32,000 nt of DNA from Halomicronema hongdechloris C2206 (GCF_002075285.3 NZ_CP021983.2:3300001-3332000); one strand, 5' to 3'; shown: positions 9,087 through 19,482, numbered from the stretch's first letter. Notes: generated by a model from the letters alone, not told the origin. Numbers and translations: made by a program.

Positions 9087-9624
9087 ATGCCTTCCCCCTT
9101 CCCAGGGATGGATCCCTATATCGAACAACCCAGCTTCTGGTCATCCTTTCACTTTCGGCTAATTGGAACCATTGCTGCTGCCATTGAGCCTCAACTTAGC
9201 CCTAAGTACTACATCGAAGTCAAAACCCGGGCTTACCAAAGCGACAACAGTGAAGAGTTGCTGATCGGTATCCCCGATGTAGCTGTCATTGCCAGACAAC
9301 CCACCCAAGAGTTGCCAGTGTCAAAGACGGCTACCCCTGTTACGACTCAGATACGACCAGAACGGGTTATGTTACCCATGCCAGTGCCCATCAAAGAGAG
9401 ATATCTGTGCCGTGAACCTACAGCAACCCCTGCCTACCATCCCAATTCCTCTCAACCCCAACGACGAGGAGGTCTACTTGGATCTGCAAGGGGTGTTTGG
9501 CCGGGTCTACGAAGATGCCCGATATGGCATCCGCCTTAACTATCATCAACCCCCACCTGCGCCAGCATTGTCAGCCCAAGAGCAAGAATGGCTGAAGACG
9601 TTACTGATTCCAGATAACTCATAG
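9087..9624 (+). pseudogene. DUF4058-family gene remnant (internal deletion plus frame change)
   Basis: The N-terminal piece (frame of 9087), MPSPFPGMDPYIEQPSFWSSFHFRLIGTIAAAIEPQLSPKYY...PMPVPIKERYL, is the hallmark DUF4058 start. The C-terminal piece (frame of 9289), ...LPTIPIPLNPNDEEVYLDLQGVFGRVYEDARYGIRLNYHQPPPAPALSAQEQEWLKTLL, is the hallmark DUF4058 end. The frames switch near 9400-9415, and the central part of the family (roughly 80-90 aa by my recollection of ~250-aa members) is absent. Confidence 0.65.
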
Positions 9625-9652
9625 CTGATGGCTACTGACTCTGTAGAATCGG

Positions 9653-10663
9653 CTACAGCGGTCGAGAATAGCCGAGGGCGTCTTTGACTCTGGTCAGGGT
9701 CTGCTGTGCGATCGCATTGGCCTTTTCATTACCCCGCTTCAATATCGCCTCTAGATAGCCGCGGTCAGCCATGAGTTCATGGAATCGCCCTTGAATCGGG
9801 CGCAGCGCCTCGACGGCGGTCTCGGCCAACAGGGGTTTGAACTGGCCCCAGCCCATCTCGCGGCATTCGGCAGCCACAGCCGCTTTAGTCTGGTTAGACA
9901 GCAACATGTATAGACTGAGGAGATTGTGGCATTCAGGTCGCTCTGGGTCATCAAACCACAAGCCCCGCTGAGGGTCGGTCTTGGCCCGCTTCAGTTTCTT
10001 GCTGATCACCGCCGGCGGGTCGGTCAGATCGATGCGGCTTTGCTCCGAGGGATCTGACTTCGACATCTTCTTAGTGCCATCGGTGAGACTCATCACCCGG
10101 GCGCCGGCCTCTCGAATCAGCGGATCCGGCAACTTCAGGATGGGCTCCTCTGCACGGCCGTACTGAAAGTTCAAGCGGGTGGCAATATCTCGGGTGAGTT
10201 CCAGATGCTGTTTTTGGTCTTCGCCCACAGGCACCAAATCCGGTTCATAGAGCAAAATATCGGCTGCCTGCAGTACCGGATAGTCGAGCAAGCCAATGCT
10301 GACATTTTCCCCTTGCTTCACGGCCTTCTCTCTGAATTGAATCATTCGTTCTAGCCAGTTTAGGGGGGTGACGCAGTTAAACAGCCAGGCCAATTCAGCA
10401 TGGGCTGGCAGGTGGGACTGGACGAAGATGGTAGCCTGCTCTGGGTCAATGCCACAGGCGATGTACATCGCCGCCACCTGATAGGTGCTAGTGGCCAGTT
10501 GAGCCGGGTCGTGGGGCACCGTAATGGCATGGAGGTCGGCCATGAACAGAAACGCCTCATACTCCTGCTGCAGGTCTACCCAGTTGCGAATGGCCCCAAG
10601 GTAGTTGCCCAGGTGCAGAGTGCCCGTGGGTTGAATGCCGGAGAGAATGCGCTGCTTGCCCAT
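9653..10663 (-). CDS. trpS: Tryptophan--tRNA ligase
   Basis: Class-I synthetase motifs are present: GIQPTGTLHLGNYLG (HIGH-type) and KMSKS. Overall the sequence resembles TrpS. I prefer the ATG at 10663 (MGKQRILSG...) over the track's upstream start at 10687. Confidence 0.93.
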   Translation of the reverse strand: MGKQRILSGIQPTGTLHLGNYLGAIRNWVDLQQEYEAFLFMADLHAITVPHDPAQLATSTYQVAAMYIACGIDPEQATIFVQSHLPAHAELAWLFNCVTPLNWLERMIQFREKAVKQGENVSIGLLDYPVLQAADILLYEPDLVPVGEDQKQHLELTRDIATRLNFQYGRAEEPILKLPDPLIREAGARVMSLTDGTKKMSKSDPSEQSRIDLTDPPAVISKKLKRAKTDPQRGLWFDDPERPECHNLLSLYMLLSNQTKAAVAAECREMGWGQFKPLLAETAVEALRPIQGRFHELMADRGYLEAILKRGNEKANAIAQQTLTRVKDALGYSRPL

Positions 10664-10768
10664 GGCGGTATATCGGTATATATTCACTGTGAAGATTCTA
10701 TAAGAATGTTAGAGCCTTCAGGGCTCTCTTTTTAGTCGCTTTTTAGTTGCTGTCACTAAAATATCGCC

Positions 10769-11071
10769 ATGAAAACCTCAGCGTCCGAATCCCTGATGAC
10801 TTCTCTGCAGGAGGCCATACGTCTGGCTCAGGATGTGCACCAACACTCTCAGGCCCACGAGGCGTTTGAGGCGATCTATGGGGAGCTGGAGGCGATCAAT
10901 CCCGACCTGGCGGAAATGATGCAGATGCTCTGGAAAGACTATGTCGCCGCCCAGCGCTCGGCTAGCTTTTGGCAAGAATTGTGTCAGGTAGAGAAGCATT
11001 TGTCGGAGCGGATTGCGGAGAGCCACCTGCAATTAAAGCAAAACTACCTGCGCCTGATGCGGGAACAGTGA
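10769..11071 (+). CDS. Hypothetical 100-aa helical protein
   Basis: ATG-initiated ORF in an otherwise empty gap, 37 nt upstream of the DUF429 gene on the same strand. The composition is helical and charged. No family recognised. Confidence 0.45.
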   Translation: MKTSASESLMTSLQEAIRLAQDVHQHSQAHEAFEAIYGELEAINPDLAEMMQMLWKDYVAAQRSASFWQELCQVEKHLSERIAESHLQLKQNYLRLMREQ

Positions 11072-11108
11072 TGGGACTAGGGGGGCAGCCAATCAGGGCC
11101 CCTGATTT

Positions 11109-11915
11109 TTGGCCGCTGTTTCCTTGATTAGCGGACCGATACGGTTTTTGGGTATCGATCTGGGTTGGCAGTCGGGACCCAGCGGTCTGTGTTGCCTGCA
11201 ATGGCAAGGGAACAGATTGCATTTGGTCGATCTGCAGCGGCAAGGTGCGATGGCACCTATCCACGCCTGGGTTGATGATTGCAGCCAGGGGTGTCAAACC
11301 GCTGTCATCGCAGTGGATGCCCCCACCCTGATTCCCAATGCCACTGGCATGCGTCTGCCTGACCGCTTAGCCCATCGCTACTTTGGTCGCTACCATGCCG
11401 GTTGCTACCCGGCCAATCGAGGCCGTCCCTTTGCCGAGTGCCTAGTGCAGTTTGGCCTCGCCTTAGAAGCCCAGGGATTTCGCCATGCTCCTAGGGTCGG
11501 TCCCCAGCCCCGAGGCCGCTACCAACTGGAGGTCTTTCCCCATCCGGCCACGGTGCACCTGTTTCGCCTGGCCCGCATCCTGAAATATAAGAAGGGACCC
11601 TTGGCCCAACGACGGTCCCAGCTAGCGCGGCTGCGGCACTATCAACTGACGGTGCTGCCTCGGCTCCAGCCCGGCCTGAGCCTCGACGACACCAGTTTGC
11701 CTGAGATTCCGGAGACTGGCGCTGCCCTAAAAGCCGTCGAGGATCAGCTAGACAGCCTCACTTGCGCCTATGTCGCCGCCTATTGGTGGTATTGGGGGTG
11801 CGATCGCACCTGGGTTCTCGGGGACGTTGAGACAGGCTATATCGTGGTCCCCGCGCCCCTACTTCCGTACCCACATGCTGCCGCCGACACAGAGGGCCGC
11901 GAACCCGAAGGCTGA
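11109..11915 (+). CDS. DUF429 domain protein (predicted RNase H-like fold)
   Basis: FLGIDLGW...AVIAVDAPTLIPN...RLPDRLAHRYFGRYHAGCYPAN...YQLEVFPHPATVHLF...LKYKKG...DQLDSLTCAYVAAYWW resembles the DUF429 family as I recall it. The start is a TTG (11109 or 11124). The 3' end overlaps the convergent MFS gene by 57 nt. Confidence 0.68.
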   Translation: MAAVSLISGPIRFLGIDLGWQSGPSGLCCLQWQGNRLHLVDLQRQGAMAPIHAWVDDCSQGCQTAVIAVDAPTLIPNATGMRLPDRLAHRYFGRYHAGCYPANRGRPFAECLVQFGLALEAQGFRHAPRVGPQPRGRYQLEVFPHPATVHLFRLARILKYKKGPLAQRRSQLARLRHYQLTVLPRLQPGLSLDDTSLPEIPETGAALKAVEDQLDSLTCAYVAAYWWYWGCDRTWVLGDVETGYIVVPAPLLPYPHAAADTEGREPEG

Positions 11916-13049
11916 GGCGGCTAACTGGCCACCCTGAACCGGTGACAGGGAATCGCCTAGGCGAGAGAGGGTGCCAAATAGGCTCAGAGCTAGCGCACCG
12001 CCACTAAAGTAAAGTCCTGTGCCTAGCCCGCCACGGTCGTAGGGCACTAGGGAGAGGGCAAAGGGTAGGGTGCCATTCGAGACTAGACTGAACAGGGCCC
12101 CCAATGCGATCGCAACGATCCCAGCCAATACCATAGAGGTGAGGCCACCAATCGTCAGACAAAGCAACGCCATGCCTACCAATCCCAGGATCATGGCCGA
12201 GCGGTTGCCGATGCGGATAGCGAGGCTGCCGGCTGGAATCGCCGTCAGGGCTAAGACAATGAATAATAAGCCCAGTATGATGCTGGCATTGACCGTAGGA
12301 TCCTGAGCCGCCAAGGCCCTGGGAAAGGTCTGAATCATCAGGCGTCCTCCCAAGGAAACCCCCAAACCGGCGCCAAAGACTAAGCTTAACCCCTCCAGGG
12401 ATAGATCTCGCCAGCGACTCGTCGGGGCCACCACCACTGCTCGGGCCGGATGACATAGTCCCAAGACCACCGCCGCTCCTAGCAAGACCGCCGAGCCAAT
12501 GCCAAAGGCTGACAAGGGCCCCAATGCCAGCAGCCAATCACTCACCAGAAACCCCATGGCTCCAGTGATGCCCCCCACTAGAGTCAGTACACTGGCCGCT
12601 TGAGGGAGTTTCGTGGCCAGGGCATAGCGACCCAACAGCGATAACGCCGGGCTGCGAAAGACCGTCATAGATAAGGCCCAGGCTACCATTGCAGTCGGTA
12701 CTAGCCAGCGTACTGCCTCCCCATTGCCCAGCATCACCAGAGGAATACTCAAAAATAAACTGGCCGCCAAAATCATGCCCAGGGCTATCAGCAAAAAGCG
12801 ATTTCCCAGCCATTGCTGCACTCGGTCAGATAGACTGCCCATCAAGGGTTCCATGACAATGGCCAGGCCATTTTCCAAGACCAGCAAGCCAGTAGCCAAC
12901 GCCGGACTGAAGCCCAGTTGAGTCAAGACCTCTACCAGATATAGGCTATAAATGACCCAGCTGAGCGTGATGGCTCCCTGCACGGTCGCCAATCCCCATA
13001 CCTGAGTCCATAGCACCCGTTGCCGTAACCGATAGGATAAGTGACTCAT
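11859..13049 (-). CDS. MFS-type transporter (about 12 predicted hydrophobic helices)
   Basis: 396-aa ORF with an ATG start. It is almost entirely hydrophobic, with short loops, and has an MFS-like loop after helix 2 (LMGSLSDRVQQWLGNR). Substrate unknown. Confidence 0.78.
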   Translation of the reverse strand: MSHLSYRLRQRVLWTQVWGLATVQGAITLSWVIYSLYLVEVLTQLGFSPALATGLLVLENGLAIVMEPLMGSLSDRVQQWLGNRFLLIALGMILAASLFLSIPLVMLGNGEAVRWLVPTAMVAWALSMTVFRSPALSLLGRYALATKLPQAASVLTLVGGITGAMGFLVSDWLLALGPLSAFGIGSAVLLGAAVVLGLCHPARAVVVAPTSRWRDLSLEGLSLVFGAGLGVSLGGRLMIQTFPRALAAQDPTVNASIILGLLFIVLALTAIPAGSLAIRIGNRSAMILGLVGMALLCLTIGGLTSMVLAGIVAIALGALFSLVSNGTLPFALSLVPYDRGGLGTGLYFSGGALALSLFGTLSRLGDSLSPVQGGQLAASAFGFAALCVGGSMWVRK

Positions 13050-13281
13050 GAAGAGAGCGGTGAGGACAGTGGTTCCCGTCTAGCCTATCCGAAAGCGGGA
13101 ACCTAACGGTCACCGTCCTAGACAGTTCTACTCCACAGGTCTACTCTGAAATGACAAAACAGGGGCACCCGCAGCACTCCGGTTCCAAGTGTGATTAAGC
13201 CTAGTGCTAATCCACTCTCGTTAAAACTAATGGCCATCTAGATATAACCTTAGCCTTCGACCTGGGACTAATAGACTCAAT

Positions 13282-15288
13282 TTATCCTAGCAAGGCCTGA
13301 GCTCGGCTAACGACGTTATCGACGGTGTAGCCAAACTTCTCCATCACGGTACCGCCAGGAGCAGAGGCCCCAAACCGCTCCACGCTGATCACATCCCCGT
13401 CACTGCCTACATAGCGACACCAGCCAAAGCTCGCTGCTGCCTCAACGGCTAGGCGCTTAGTCACTGCTGTCGGCAGGACAGACTCCTTATAACCAGCATC
13501 TTGGGCTTCAAACAGCTCCCACGAAGGCATCGATACCACCCGCACCTGGATGCCGTTAGCCTGCAACTGAGCTGCCGCATCGACACAGAGACCCACTTCA
13601 CTGCCGGTTCCGATCAAGATAATATCTGGGGTGCCATCACAGTCAGACAGGACATAGGCGCCTTTAGCAACGGCATCAACGCTTGACCCCTCCAGGTTCG
13701 GCACTGTCTGGCGGGAGAAGGCCATCAACGTGGGCGCCTTGCGGTTGGCTACAGCCACCTTGTAGGCCCCTGAAGTCTCGTTGCCATCTGCCGGTCGAAT
13801 CACCGTCAGGTTAGGAATCGCCCGTAGAGAGGCCAAGGTCTCCACTGGTTGGTGAGTAGGGCCATCTTCCCCAAGCCCCACCGAGTCGTGGGTCATGACA
13901 TAGATGACGCCGGCCTGAGACAACGCCGATAGCCGGATGGCTGCCCGCATATAGTCGGCAAACACCAAGAAGGTGGCACAGTAGGGAATCAGCCCTGAAT
14001 TATGCAAAGCAATGCCATTACAAATGGACCCCATGCCATGCTCGCGCACGCCAAACCGCAGGTTGCGATTCTCATAGCGTCCCTTTTGGAAGTCCCCCGA
14101 GTTTTTCAGCTCAGTCAGATTAGAGTGGGTCAAGTCAGCCGACCCGCCGATTAACTCGGGTAGGGCCGGGGCCAGGGCATTGAGGCTGGCCTGGGAATGC
14201 TTGCGCGTGGCCATTGCCTTGTCGGCTGGAGTTAAGGTCGGGAGGCTATCGGCCCAACCCTGGGGGAGGTTGCCGGCAAGCATGCGCTCGAATTGAGCGG
14301 CCTCTTGGGGATACTTAGTGCGATAGGTGGCCAGGGTTTCTTCCCATTCAGCCTGATAGCTAGTTCCCCGCTCAACGGCTTGTCGCATGTGGCTGAGCAC
14401 ATCCTCAGGCACTTCAAAGGCGCCATAGGTCCAGCCTAGATTTTCCCGGGTGGCTTTGACTTCATCGTCCCCTAGGGCCGCCCCATGCACCCCTGCTGTG
14501 TTGGCTTTATTGGGGGAACCATAGCCGATGGTGGTTGTCACCTTAATAAAAGACGGTTTGTCAGTCACGGCCTTAGCCGCTTCGATAGCTTTGGTAATAC
14601 CGTCTAGGTCGCTGTTGCCATTTTCCACATGCTGCACATGCCAGCCATAGGCCTCGAACCGTTTGGCGACATCCTCGGTGAAGGCAAGATCAGTAGAGCC
14701 GTCGATGGAAATATGGTTGTCGTCGTAGAAGGCAATGAGTTTACCTAAGCCTAGGTGACCAGCCAGGGAGCAGGCTTCGCCTGAGACCCCTTCCATATTG
14801 CAACCATCTCCTAGGATCACATAGGTGTAATGATCCACCAGGGTGCAGTCAGGCTTGTTGAAGCGGGCTGCCAAGTGGGCTTCGGCCATGGCCAGCCCCA
14901 CGCTGTTGGCAATGCCTTGGCCAAGGGGGCCGGTGGTGACTTCTACCCCAGGAGTTTCAAAGTTTTCTGGGTGGCCAGGGGTCTTGGAACCCCACTGCCG
15001 AAACTGTTTAATGTCGTCGAGGGTGACGCTGTCGTAACCGGTTAGATAGAGCAAGGCATACTGCAGCATGCAGCCATGACCTGCCGAGAGCACGAAGCGA
15101 TCGCGGTTGAACCACTGGGGATTCTTGGGATTGAACCGCATGAACTTATCCCACAGCACATAGGCCATAGGAGCCGCTCCCATGGGGAGCCCCGGGTGAC
15201 CTGATTTAGCCTTTTCAACGGCATCGATCGCCAGGAATCGAATTGAATTGATACAAAGTTCTTCTAAGGTTTTGGTTGCGACAGCCAT
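13282..15288 (-). CDS. tkt: Transketolase
   Basis: 668 aa, with the N-terminal [34 protein letters not shown] and the ThDP motif [13 protein letters not shown]. Full-length similarity to TktA. Confidence 0.96.
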   Translation of the reverse strand: MAVATKTLEELCINSIRFLAIDAVEKAKSGHPGLPMGAAPMAYVLWDKFMRFNPKNPQWFNRDRFVLSAGHGCMLQYALLYLTGYDSVTLDDIKQFRQWGSKTPGHPENFETPGVEVTTGPLGQGIANSVGLAMAEAHLAARFNKPDCTLVDHYTYVILGDGCNMEGVSGEACSLAGHLGLGKLIAFYDDNHISIDGSTDLAFTEDVAKRFEAYGWHVQHVENGNSDLDGITKAIEAAKAVTDKPSFIKVTTTIGYGSPNKANTAGVHGAALGDDEVKATRENLGWTYGAFEVPEDVLSHMRQAVERGTSYQAEWEETLATYRTKYPQEAAQFERMLAGNLPQGWADSLPTLTPADKAMATRKHSQASLNALAPALPELIGGSADLTHSNLTELKNSGDFQKGRYENRNLRFGVREHGMGSICNGIALHNSGLIPYCATFLVFADYMRAAIRLSALSQAGVIYVMTHDSVGLGEDGPTHQPVETLASLRAIPNLTVIRPADGNETSGAYKVAVANRKAPTLMAFSRQTVPNLEGSSVDAVAKGAYVLSDCDGTPDIILIGTGSEVGLCVDAAAQLQANGIQVRVVSMPSWELFEAQDAGYKESVLPTAVTKRLAVEAAASFGWCRYVGSDGDVISVERFGASAPGGTVMEKFGYTVDNVVSRAQALLG

Positions 15289-15375
15289 AGTTCTTCCAAC
15301 TCAACGACGCTAAAACGGAGGCCTGTGGGGGGTGAATGCTGTCCGAGTCCAGACCTGGAGGTTTACAAACAAAAT

Positions 15376-15389
15376 CTCGAGATCTCGAG
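15376..15389. promoter_or_regulatory. Perfect 14-bp palindrome CTCGAGATCTCGAG in the tkt upstream region
   Basis: Read directly from the sequence. It lies 88-101 nt upstream of the tkt ATG (15288). The function is inferred only from symmetry and position. Confidence 0.3.
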
Positions 15390-15595
15390 CTGGACTTGAC
15401 ATAGAACCCAGAGACATCAATACGAATGACGCTTAGCCGCACCCATCATCCCACTGGGGTAAGCGGGGAGCAAGCGTCGCCAGAATAGTATCTTGCCATC
15501 CTGAATTAAGCACTTTTAGCCTGGCCCTTGTCTCAGGATCCTCAAGACACGATAGTAAAGTTTTTTTACTAAGTCATTATACCTATTTTGTCACC

Positions 15596-16849
15596 CTAGC
15601 GACTGTATTTACGAAACACCAAAGTGACGTTATGACCACCAAACCCAAAGGAGTTAGATAGGGCCACGGTGACGGGCTGGGCCCGGCTCTGGTTGGGCAC
15701 GTAGTCCAAGTCGCAATCTTGATCGGGGGCTGCCAAATTGATGGTCGGCGGTACCCGATCGTGGGCAAGGGCCAGTACGGTCGCTACCCCTTCGATGCCA
15801 CCAGAGCCTCCCAGGAGATGGCCGGTCATTGACTTGGTGGAACTCACAGCCACCTGGTAAGCCGCTGTGCCGAGGGCTGTCTTGATGGCCTGGGTTTCTG
15901 TGGGATCGTTAGCGGGGGTACTGGTGCCATGGGCATTGATGTAGCTGATGTCGGCAGGCGTCACCCCACCGTCCTTGAGGGCTAGCCGGATGCACCGAGC
16001 GGCTCCTTCACCGCCTGGAACCGGGGCAGTCATATGGTAAGCATCGCAGGTCATGCCATAGCCAATCATCTCGGCGTAGATGTGGGCGCCTCGACTGAGG
16101 GCATGTTCCAGGGATTCTAAGACCAGGATGCCGCACCCTTCACCAATGACGAAGCCATCCCGTCCCTGATCAAAGGGACGGCTGGCATGGGCCGGATCAT
16201 CATTGCGGCTCGATAGGGCCCTAGCCGCCGCAAATCCAGCCACGGCTAAGGGGGTCACGGCGGCCTCGGTGCCGCCGCAAATCATGGCCTGGGCATAACC
16301 TCCTTGCACTAGCCGAAAGGCATCGCCAATGGCGTTGGAACCAGCCGCACAGGCGGTGACTGGGCAGGAGTTGGGACCTTTTGCCCCCAGATGAATTGCC
16401 GTCAGCCCTGCTGCCATGTTGGCAATCATCATGGGCACCATGAAGGGGCTACAGCGACTCGGCCCTCGCGTCAGATAGACCGCTTGCTGATCTTCCATGA
16501 CCTTGATGCCGCCCACGCCAGTGCCGATCATGACCCCGATCTGCTCGGCATTGAGATCGGTGATCTCAAGCTTGGCATCACTTAGGGCCTGCTGACTGGC
16601 TGCGATCGCAAATTGGGCAAACCGATCCATCCGCTTAGCATCCTTGCGATCAAGGTACTGCAGTGGATCAAAGTCTTTCACCTCACCGGCAATGCGAGAC
16701 GCATGCTGAGATGCATCGAAAGCCGTGATCGGACCAATGCCATTGCGACCAGATACTAACCCCTGCCAATACTCATCCGGAGTATTGCCAATGGGAGTGA
16801 TGGCCCCCAGGCCAGTAATGACGACGCGTTTGGGTTCCAGGTTTGCCAT
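15596..16849 (-). CDS. fabF: Beta-ketoacyl-ACP synthase II
   Basis: 417 aa, RVVITGLGAITPIGN...CAAGSNAIGDAF...NAHGTSTPANDPTE...SFGFGGHN, with the Cys-His-His active-site context. It lies directly downstream of acpP. Confidence 0.95.
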   Translation of the reverse strand: MANLEPKRVVITGLGAITPIGNTPDEYWQGLVSGRNGIGPITAFDASQHASRIAGEVKDFDPLQYLDRKDAKRMDRFAQFAIAASQQALSDAKLEITDLNAEQIGVMIGTGVGGIKVMEDQQAVYLTRGPSRCSPFMVPMMIANMAAGLTAIHLGAKGPNSCPVTACAAGSNAIGDAFRLVQGGYAQAMICGGTEAAVTPLAVAGFAAARALSSRNDDPAHASRPFDQGRDGFVIGEGCGILVLESLEHALSRGAHIYAEMIGYGMTCDAYHMTAPVPGGEGAARCIRLALKDGGVTPADISYINAHGTSTPANDPTETQAIKTALGTAAYQVAVSSTKSMTGHLLGGSGGIEGVATVLALAHDRVPPTINLAAPDQDCDLDYVPNQSRAQPVTVALSNSFGFGGHNVTLVFRKYSR

Positions 16850-16898
16850 GACTCAACTCGAGATAGCGGGCAGAATAACTTGATGTCCCCCACCAAGC

Positions 16899-17144
16899 CT
16901 AAGCAGCAGCACTCTTTTCTTTGATAAAATCGACAGCCGCCTGTACCGTGCCAATGCTCTCAGCGGCTTCATCGGGGATTTCGATATCGAACTCCTCTTC
17001 CAGGGCCATCACCAACTCCACCGTATCTAGAGAATCAGCCCCCAGATCATTGGCAAAGCTAGCCTCGGGCTTGACTTCCGATTCGTCAACCCCCAGTTGC
17101 TCAGCCACAATCTTCTTGACTGTTGCGAAAACGTCCTCACTCAT
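16899..17144 (-). CDS. acpP: Acyl carrier protein
   Basis: 81 aa with the phosphopantetheine attachment motif [19 protein letters not shown]. 49-nt spacer to fabF. Confidence 0.96.
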   Translation of the reverse strand: MSEDVFATVKKIVAEQLGVDESEVKPEASFANDLGADSLDTVELVMALEEEFDIEIPDEAAESIGTVQAAVDFIKEKSAAA

Positions 17145-17600
17145 AGCACTCCTTAACCCCTTTGCGTAGCGGATAGCACAAATAAAAACCTAAACCATGA
17201 ACCTACTCCAAAATCAACCCTACAGCGTTTCTGAATCTAGTCTGAATCTAGTCAGGTAACCGATAGCCATGAAACCCTTGACTTCATGGAGATAGCCTGT
17301 ACCTCACCTAGACAGGAAATGCTGTATAGGCATCATGCCGAGAGATCCCCATTTAGGCATTTTCTCATCTTATCCGAAAGCGTAACGTCTCCAAGAGAAT
17401 AGCGAGAATCGAAGAGATGCCTCCCTGAGATGTCCTCTTGAATATTACATTCCATAAACTTTTATGGGCATCGTTATAATGGCAGAAAACCATCGCTATA
17501 GACTATTCATTGATTGATGATCCCTTACTGGTAGTCAGTTTCAGGCCCTTATTTCTCATGATTGGTGGGGTCTGAGCGGCATCCCTGTCGTAATAGATAA

Positions 17601-17864
<264 letters not shown>

Positions 17865-18004
17865 ATCGCCCTCGATCGCAGGTCGTAGCAACCATTACGC
17901 CTACTGGCGGTGGTTGCCCAGTGGATAGCTGCCATAATTTAGGACCCTGAGTAAGTCACAGGGTCGCAGCTATTTGGCCGATAGCATATTAGACGGGATA
18001 GGAG

Positions 18005-18037
18005 GCTTCTTCGACCTAAGGTCGAAGAAGCTTTTTT
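18005..18037 (+). terminator. Rho-independent terminator downstream of psaC
   Basis: Perfect 12-bp stem GCTTCTTCGACC / GGTCGAAGAAGC (18005-18016 / 18020-18031), a 3-nt loop, then TTTTTT (18032-18037). Two weaker hairpins precede it: 17889-17917, and 17943-17965 (GACCCTG/CAGGGTC). Confidence 0.8.
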
Positions 18038-18288
18038 GGCTCACGCACTCCCGGCGATATAGATCCTGACCATGGCAGACTGCTTCACGGCACTACCTTT
18101 AGGTGGTGCCATTGGCCATGGCAATTACTGCAGCCCTCTAGGCAGGCCTTCTAGACAGAGTAAATGAGTACTCGCCTTGACTCCGTGGCGGTATTGAGCC
18201 ATTGAGGGAATGGGGAGCAAGCCGGGGCCGCTGGCTTGGTGGAGAATTGCCTATTATCGAGCGCAGAGGGGTCTACGTAATACCCTGA

Positions 18289-19281
18289 TTACCGAAACAT
18301 GCTACTGACAGAGCTTTCCTCGTGAATACGCCAAATCGCCTCTCCCAGCAAGTTGGCCACTGAAATCACCGTCAATTGCCTAAAGCGCTTGGCATCCTCG
18401 ACAGGGATTGTATTGGTAACGATAACCTCCTCAAATAATCCACTAGACAGCCGCTCAACTGCCGGGGGGGAAAAGACAGCATGGGTAGCACAGGCATAGA
18501 CTTGCCGGGCTCCCTCCTGTTTCAACAGCCGGGCTCCCTTACAGATGGTGCCTGCCGTGTCGATCATGTCGTCCACCAATACAGCTGTCTTACCAGCCAC
18601 ATCGCCAATCACATTCATCACCTCAGCCACATTATGGGCTTGTCGGCGCTTATCGATGATGGCTAAGGGAGCATCATTCAGCTTCTTAGCAAAGGCCCGG
18701 GCTCGCGCCACACCACCGACATCAGGCGAGACCACCACTAAGTCCGAGAGATTCTTGCTGGCGATATAGTCAATTAACACTGGCGAGCCATAGACGTGGT
18801 CGCACGGAATATCGAAATACCCTTGAATCTGAGCAGAATGCAGATCCATGGCCAACACTCGACTCGCCCCAGCTTGGGTCATCAGGTTGGCGACCAATTT
18901 CGCCGTGATCGACTCCCGCCCTGCTGTCTTGCGATCAGCCCGGGCATAGCCATAGTAAGGAAGAACCGCTGTGATTTGCCGAGCTGATGCCCGCCGACAA
19001 GCATCCACCATGATCAAGAGTTCCATCAGGTGGTCATTGACTGGATAGCAGGTGGGCTGAATCAAGTAGACATCGCACCCTCGGATCGACTCTTGAATTT
19101 GGATGTAGAGTTCGCCGTCAGCAAACCGCTTGCGCACCATGGGGCCCAAGTCGATCCCCAGATACCGACCCACTTCACGCGCCAACATGGCATTAGCGGA
19201 TCCCGAAAACAGTTTTAGACGATTGTTGTCCCCAAGTTGGGGCAGTGCGGTCTGTAGGGTCGGAGTGGCAGAGCGAATCAC
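18289..19281 (-). CDS. prs: Ribose-phosphate pyrophosphokinase (PRPP synthetase)
   Basis: 330 aa, LKLFSGSANAMLAREV...DGELYIQIQESIRGCDVYLIQ...LPYYGYARADRK...VVSPDVGGVARARAF...LVDDMIDTAGT. The start as given is a GTG, and the exact start is uncertain. Confidence 0.93.
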   Translation of the reverse strand: MIRSATPTLQTALPQLGDNNRLKLFSGSANAMLAREVGRYLGIDLGPMVRKRFADGELYIQIQESIRGCDVYLIQPTCYPVNDHLMELLIMVDACRRASARQITAVLPYYGYARADRKTAGRESITAKLVANLMTQAGASRVLAMDLHSAQIQGYFDIPCDHVYGSPVLIDYIASKNLSDLVVVSPDVGGVARARAFAKKLNDAPLAIIDKRRQAHNVAEVMNVIGDVAGKTAVLVDDMIDTAGTICKGARLLKQEGARQVYACATHAVFSPPAVERLSSGLFEEVIVTNTIPVEDAKRFRQLTVISVANLLGEAIWRIHEESSVSSMFR

Positions 19282-19482
19282 GACAGGCCCTCAACGCTTT
19301 TTCACGGAAATCCTAGCACCCGGAAGAAAAATGCCCCAGGCATTTACCCACATCTTAAAATCTGCAACTGTCAGCCAAGAAACTATAGGAAAGTTTGTCT
19401 AACTAAAAACTGCAAGTGAACTTATGAATAACAAATTTATCTGCCGAGCCATGTTAGGCATTATCTCACCGGCCACTTTGAC

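Noticed and set aside
13086-17381. 12-mer TATCCGAAAGCG shared by the MFS leader (13086-13097) and the acpP-psaC spacer (17370-17381)
   Set aside because: Same statistical argument as above. There is no flanking similarity.
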